Below are positions 61,696-64,000 of a DNA stretch of 64,000 nt, piece after piece. Both the position numbers and the translations under genes were made by a program. The notes under the pieces are model-generated. The model had not been told where the DNA came from and did no database searches. It was given only the letters and a program-made list of their open reading frames with translations. This stretch comes from an uncultured Gemmatimonadaceae bacterium (GTDB lineage Bacteria; Gemmatimonadota; Gemmatimonadetes; Gemmatimonadales; Gemmatimonadaceae): positions 1,216,001 to 1,280,000 of the forward strand of contig CAVXGK010000001.1 of assembly GCA_963761305.1 (NCBI GenBank), in the 5' to 3' direction. Position 1 is the first letter of the stretch, and each line of letters opens with the position of its first letter.

Positions 61696-61766
61696 CATCA
61701 GGCCGCTCCGCTCTCGCCCCTGGCGGCCCATCTCGCTCGCACGAAGAGCGTCAAGCTTACCGCCAG

Positions 61767-62750
61767 CTACCGCTTGCCGCTGATCGGATCGGCGAGCACG
61801 CCCTCTTTCGTGATCCTGACCGGCTGAATGAATCCGCGCTCGTCGAACCGCATCTCGTCGATGCTCACCACGCGGTGATTGCGGTCCGTCTCACCGAGCG
61901 GACGGCGGTGGTAGACGATGTACCACTTCCCGGTCGACGGCGATTGGATCACCGAGTGATGCCCCGCTCCGGTGGCGACCGTCGAATCCTGCTGGAGGAT
62001 CTTCCCGACGCGCTCGAACGGCCCGAAGGGTGATGAGCCGATGGCATACGCGACGGCGTAGTTGGGACCCGTCCAGCCGCCTTCGGACCACATGAAGTAG
62101 TACTTGTCGCCCTTGATCAGCATGAACGCGCCTTCGACGTAGCCCGAGGGCGTGATCTCCTTGAACGTGCTGCCGTCGGGAAGCGGGACGAAGCCGGTGA
62201 AATCGGCGTTCAGCTTCGCGACGTTGCAGTGGCGCCAGCCGCCGTAGACGATGTAATAACTGCCATCACGATCCTTGAACACCATTTGATCGATCGGCTG
62301 CGCGCCGTTGTGGAACGCATCGATGAGCGGCTTGCCGAGGTAGTCCTTGAACGGACCCTCCGGCGTTCGCGCTCGCGCGACGCCGATGCCGCCGACCTGC
62401 TGGTCGTTCTGGATGTCGTTGGCGCCGAAGAACAGGTAGTACCAGCCGTCCTTCTCGATGATCGACGGCGCCCACACGGCGCGCTTGGCCCACTTCACGT
62501 CGGCGACGTCGAGCACGTGCGAATGCTTCTCCCACGTCACCAGATCGCGGGACGAGAACGCGTCGAGGAACGTCTGCTCGTCGTAGGGCGCCGAGTAGGT
62601 CGGGAAGATCCAGTATTGGCCGTCGAAGACGTGCGCCTCGGGGTCGGCGTACCAGCCCGGCAGAATCGGGTTGCCGGAGCGAGGGGCCTGAGCGCGCGAC
62701 GACGCGACGGTGGCGAGGCTGAAGGCGATTGCGACTAAGCAACGTTGCAT
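61767..62750 (-). CDS. Glycoside hydrolase family 43
   Basis: Signal peptide; NPILPGWYADP, WAPS, PID, YVEG and GHHS. Confidence 0.93.
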   Translation of the reverse strand: MQRCLVAIAFSLATVASSRAQAPRSGNPILPGWYADPEAHVFDGQYWIFPTYSAPYDEQTFLDAFSSRDLVTWEKHSHVLDVADVKWAKRAVWAPSIIEKDGWYYLFFGANDIQNDQQVGGIGVARARTPEGPFKDYLGKPLIDAFHNGAQPIDQMVFKDRDGSYYIVYGGWRHCNVAKLNADFTGFVPLPDGSTFKEITPSGYVEGAFMLIKGDKYYFMWSEGGWTGPNYAVAYAIGSSPFGPFERVGKILQQDSTVATGAGHHSVIQSPSTGKWYIVYHRRPLGETDRNHRVVSIDEMRFDERGFIQPVRITKEGVLADPISGKR

Positions 62751-62829
62751 AGGGAAATGGGCGACGGTTCCGAGGTCGGAGGGGAAAATTCCCGGGCGTG
62801 CGGCATTGTCGTTCTTCTTGAGAGGCAGC

Positions 62830-62882
62830 TCGCGGACAGCACCATCCTTTAGGCCGCTCCGCTCTCGCCCCTGGCGTCCCAT
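62830..62882 (+). repeat. Direct repeat of the fused flanks of the HTH cassette
   Basis: 62830-62849 matches 61174-61193 (18/20) and 62851-62882 matches 61700-61731 (31/32). Confidence 0.8.
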
Positions 62883-62910
62883 TTTTCGGTCGAGCGATGC
62901 CGGCTGAAGC

Positions 62911-64000
62911 TCATCGCGGGTTGGCGGTCATTGTCGAGCGATGACCGGTGGTCGTCGTCCAGTAGTCCATCCACCGCAGCCGAATCCCCTCGGTCCGCTC
63001 GAGCAACTCCTTGCTCGGCGTCTTGCCGTGCTCCACCACGACGACCATCCCCGTGTTGAATTCCTTCTGCGAATGGTCCACGTCCGGCAGCCGCGGACCC
63101 GCGACGGCGATCACGTCCTGAATCGACACCTTGGTGCGATCCGCCTTGAAGATCGGATGTCCGTTCGCGTCGCGCCCCTGCGGCACAAGATTTCTGAGAA
63201 TGAAAAAGTCCGGAACCTCGCTCGGCGCGATGAGACCCATGAGATAGAGGTCGAGATACGACCAGCCGGTCGCCGGCACGTAGTAGTCGTCGTCGAGCTG
63301 CGTGAACGTCCCGTCGAAGTTGTCTTGCCAGACGCCGCCGCCCATCGCCGACGCTTCCACAGGGCGCTGATACGGAAACGCGACCGGCGCCTGCAATCCT
63401 CTCGCCCAGTGCGTGGGACCGAGCTGGATCGTTTCGTCGTTCAGTTTCGCGGAGACGAACGCGCTCCATCGATGGCCCATCTCGTGTCCGATCTGCGACA
63501 TCGCGTAGTCGTACGGCGGGATCTTGCCGTTCGACGTTCGCTCGGCGAGTTGGTGCGAGTAGGCGATGATATTGTGCGTGTTGCTATCGACAACGCCGGC
63601 GGGCGGGTACTCAGCCATCTGGTTGGCGCCGACGTACACCGGTTGGATGTACTGCCACTGGAAGCGTCCCTGCGTGCAGTAGTTCGCGAGATTTCTCTGA
63701 TTCGCGCCGATGCCGGTCACCGCGCCGCCGTTCGGGCCGCCGCCGAGTGGGCCTGAGCTCGACGTGCCCGCCTCGGGGTTGTCGATGCGAAAGTCCGAGT
63801 AGTACGCGAGCATGTCGAACTTGTCGCCGAGTGCGTTGATCACCGTGCAAGTGAGATCGACGGCGCGGGGCGGCCTCATGTAGTGGAATGCCTCGTACAC
63901 TGCGGCGAAGGGACCGTCGCTCTTCTTTATGGAAGAAAAATCGACGGCGGCCGCCCGGTCAGCGCCTTTACTCGTGGTCGCGTAGACGCCGACGATGCCG
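62911..64000 (-). CDS. Putative zinc metalloprotease (HExxH), 5' end outside window
   Basis: IGHEMGHRW...THW...AMGG...LDLYLMGL; the frame stays open to the window edge. Confidence 0.7.
   Translation of the reverse strand, partial: GIVGVYATTSKGADRAAAVDFSSIKKSDGPFAAVYEAFHYMRPPRAVDLTCTVINALGDKFDMLAYYSDFRIDNPEAGTSSSGPLGGGPNGGAVTGIGANQRNLANYCTQGRFQWQYIQPVYVGANQMAEYPPAGVVDSNTHNIIAYSHQLAERTSNGKIPPYDYAMSQIGHEMGHRWSAFVSAKLNDETIQLGPTHWARGLQAPVAFPYQRPVEASAMGGGVWQDNFDGTFTQLDDDYYVPATGWSYLDLYLMGLIAPSEVPDFFILRNLVPQGRDANGHPIFKADRTKVSIQDVIAVAGPRLPDVDHSQKEFNTGMVVVVEHGKTPSKELLERTEGIRLRWMDYWTTTTGHRSTMTANPR

Noticed and set aside
61609..61715. Integron attC site
   Set aside because: Lacks RYYYAAC...GTTRRRY ends and no IntI is in the window; kept only as a generic hairpin finding.

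Overview
This is a GC-rich bacterial chromosomal window with about 45 protein genes and no rRNA, tRNA, CRISPR array, integrase or transposase that I can see. Gene content points to Gemmatimonadota or an Acidobacteria-like soil organism (inference): four Hanks-type Ser/Thr kinases with TolB/TPR/PD40 tails, three duplicated orphan ABC permeases (ADOP) plus PadR, and RGG-rich secreted enzymes. Most genes are secreted hydrolases or oxidoreductases, regulators and transporters, plus a LigD split into ligase and polymerase genes. About seven genes carry single-base frameshifts, probably long-read indel errors. The most unusual signals are non-coding. (1) A ~0.5 kb cassette at 61189-61695 holds a tiny XRE/HTH gene bracketed by 68-bp inverted repeats that each fold into a long hairpin, and an apparent 'empty' copy of the same locus lies 1.1 kb away at 62830-62882, so the GH43 gene is framed by direct repeats. 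(2) A 444-bp, lower-GC, heavily self-complementary element with 37-bp terminal inverted repeats (7373-7816) sits beside ~1.1 kb of degenerate 21-bp-periodic DNA. (3) Two REP/REPIN-like intergenic repeat families are present. Notable proteins are a four-cupredoxin multicopper oxidase with inverted Cu-motif order and a heme c plus PHM/DBH-type copper monooxygenase fusion.
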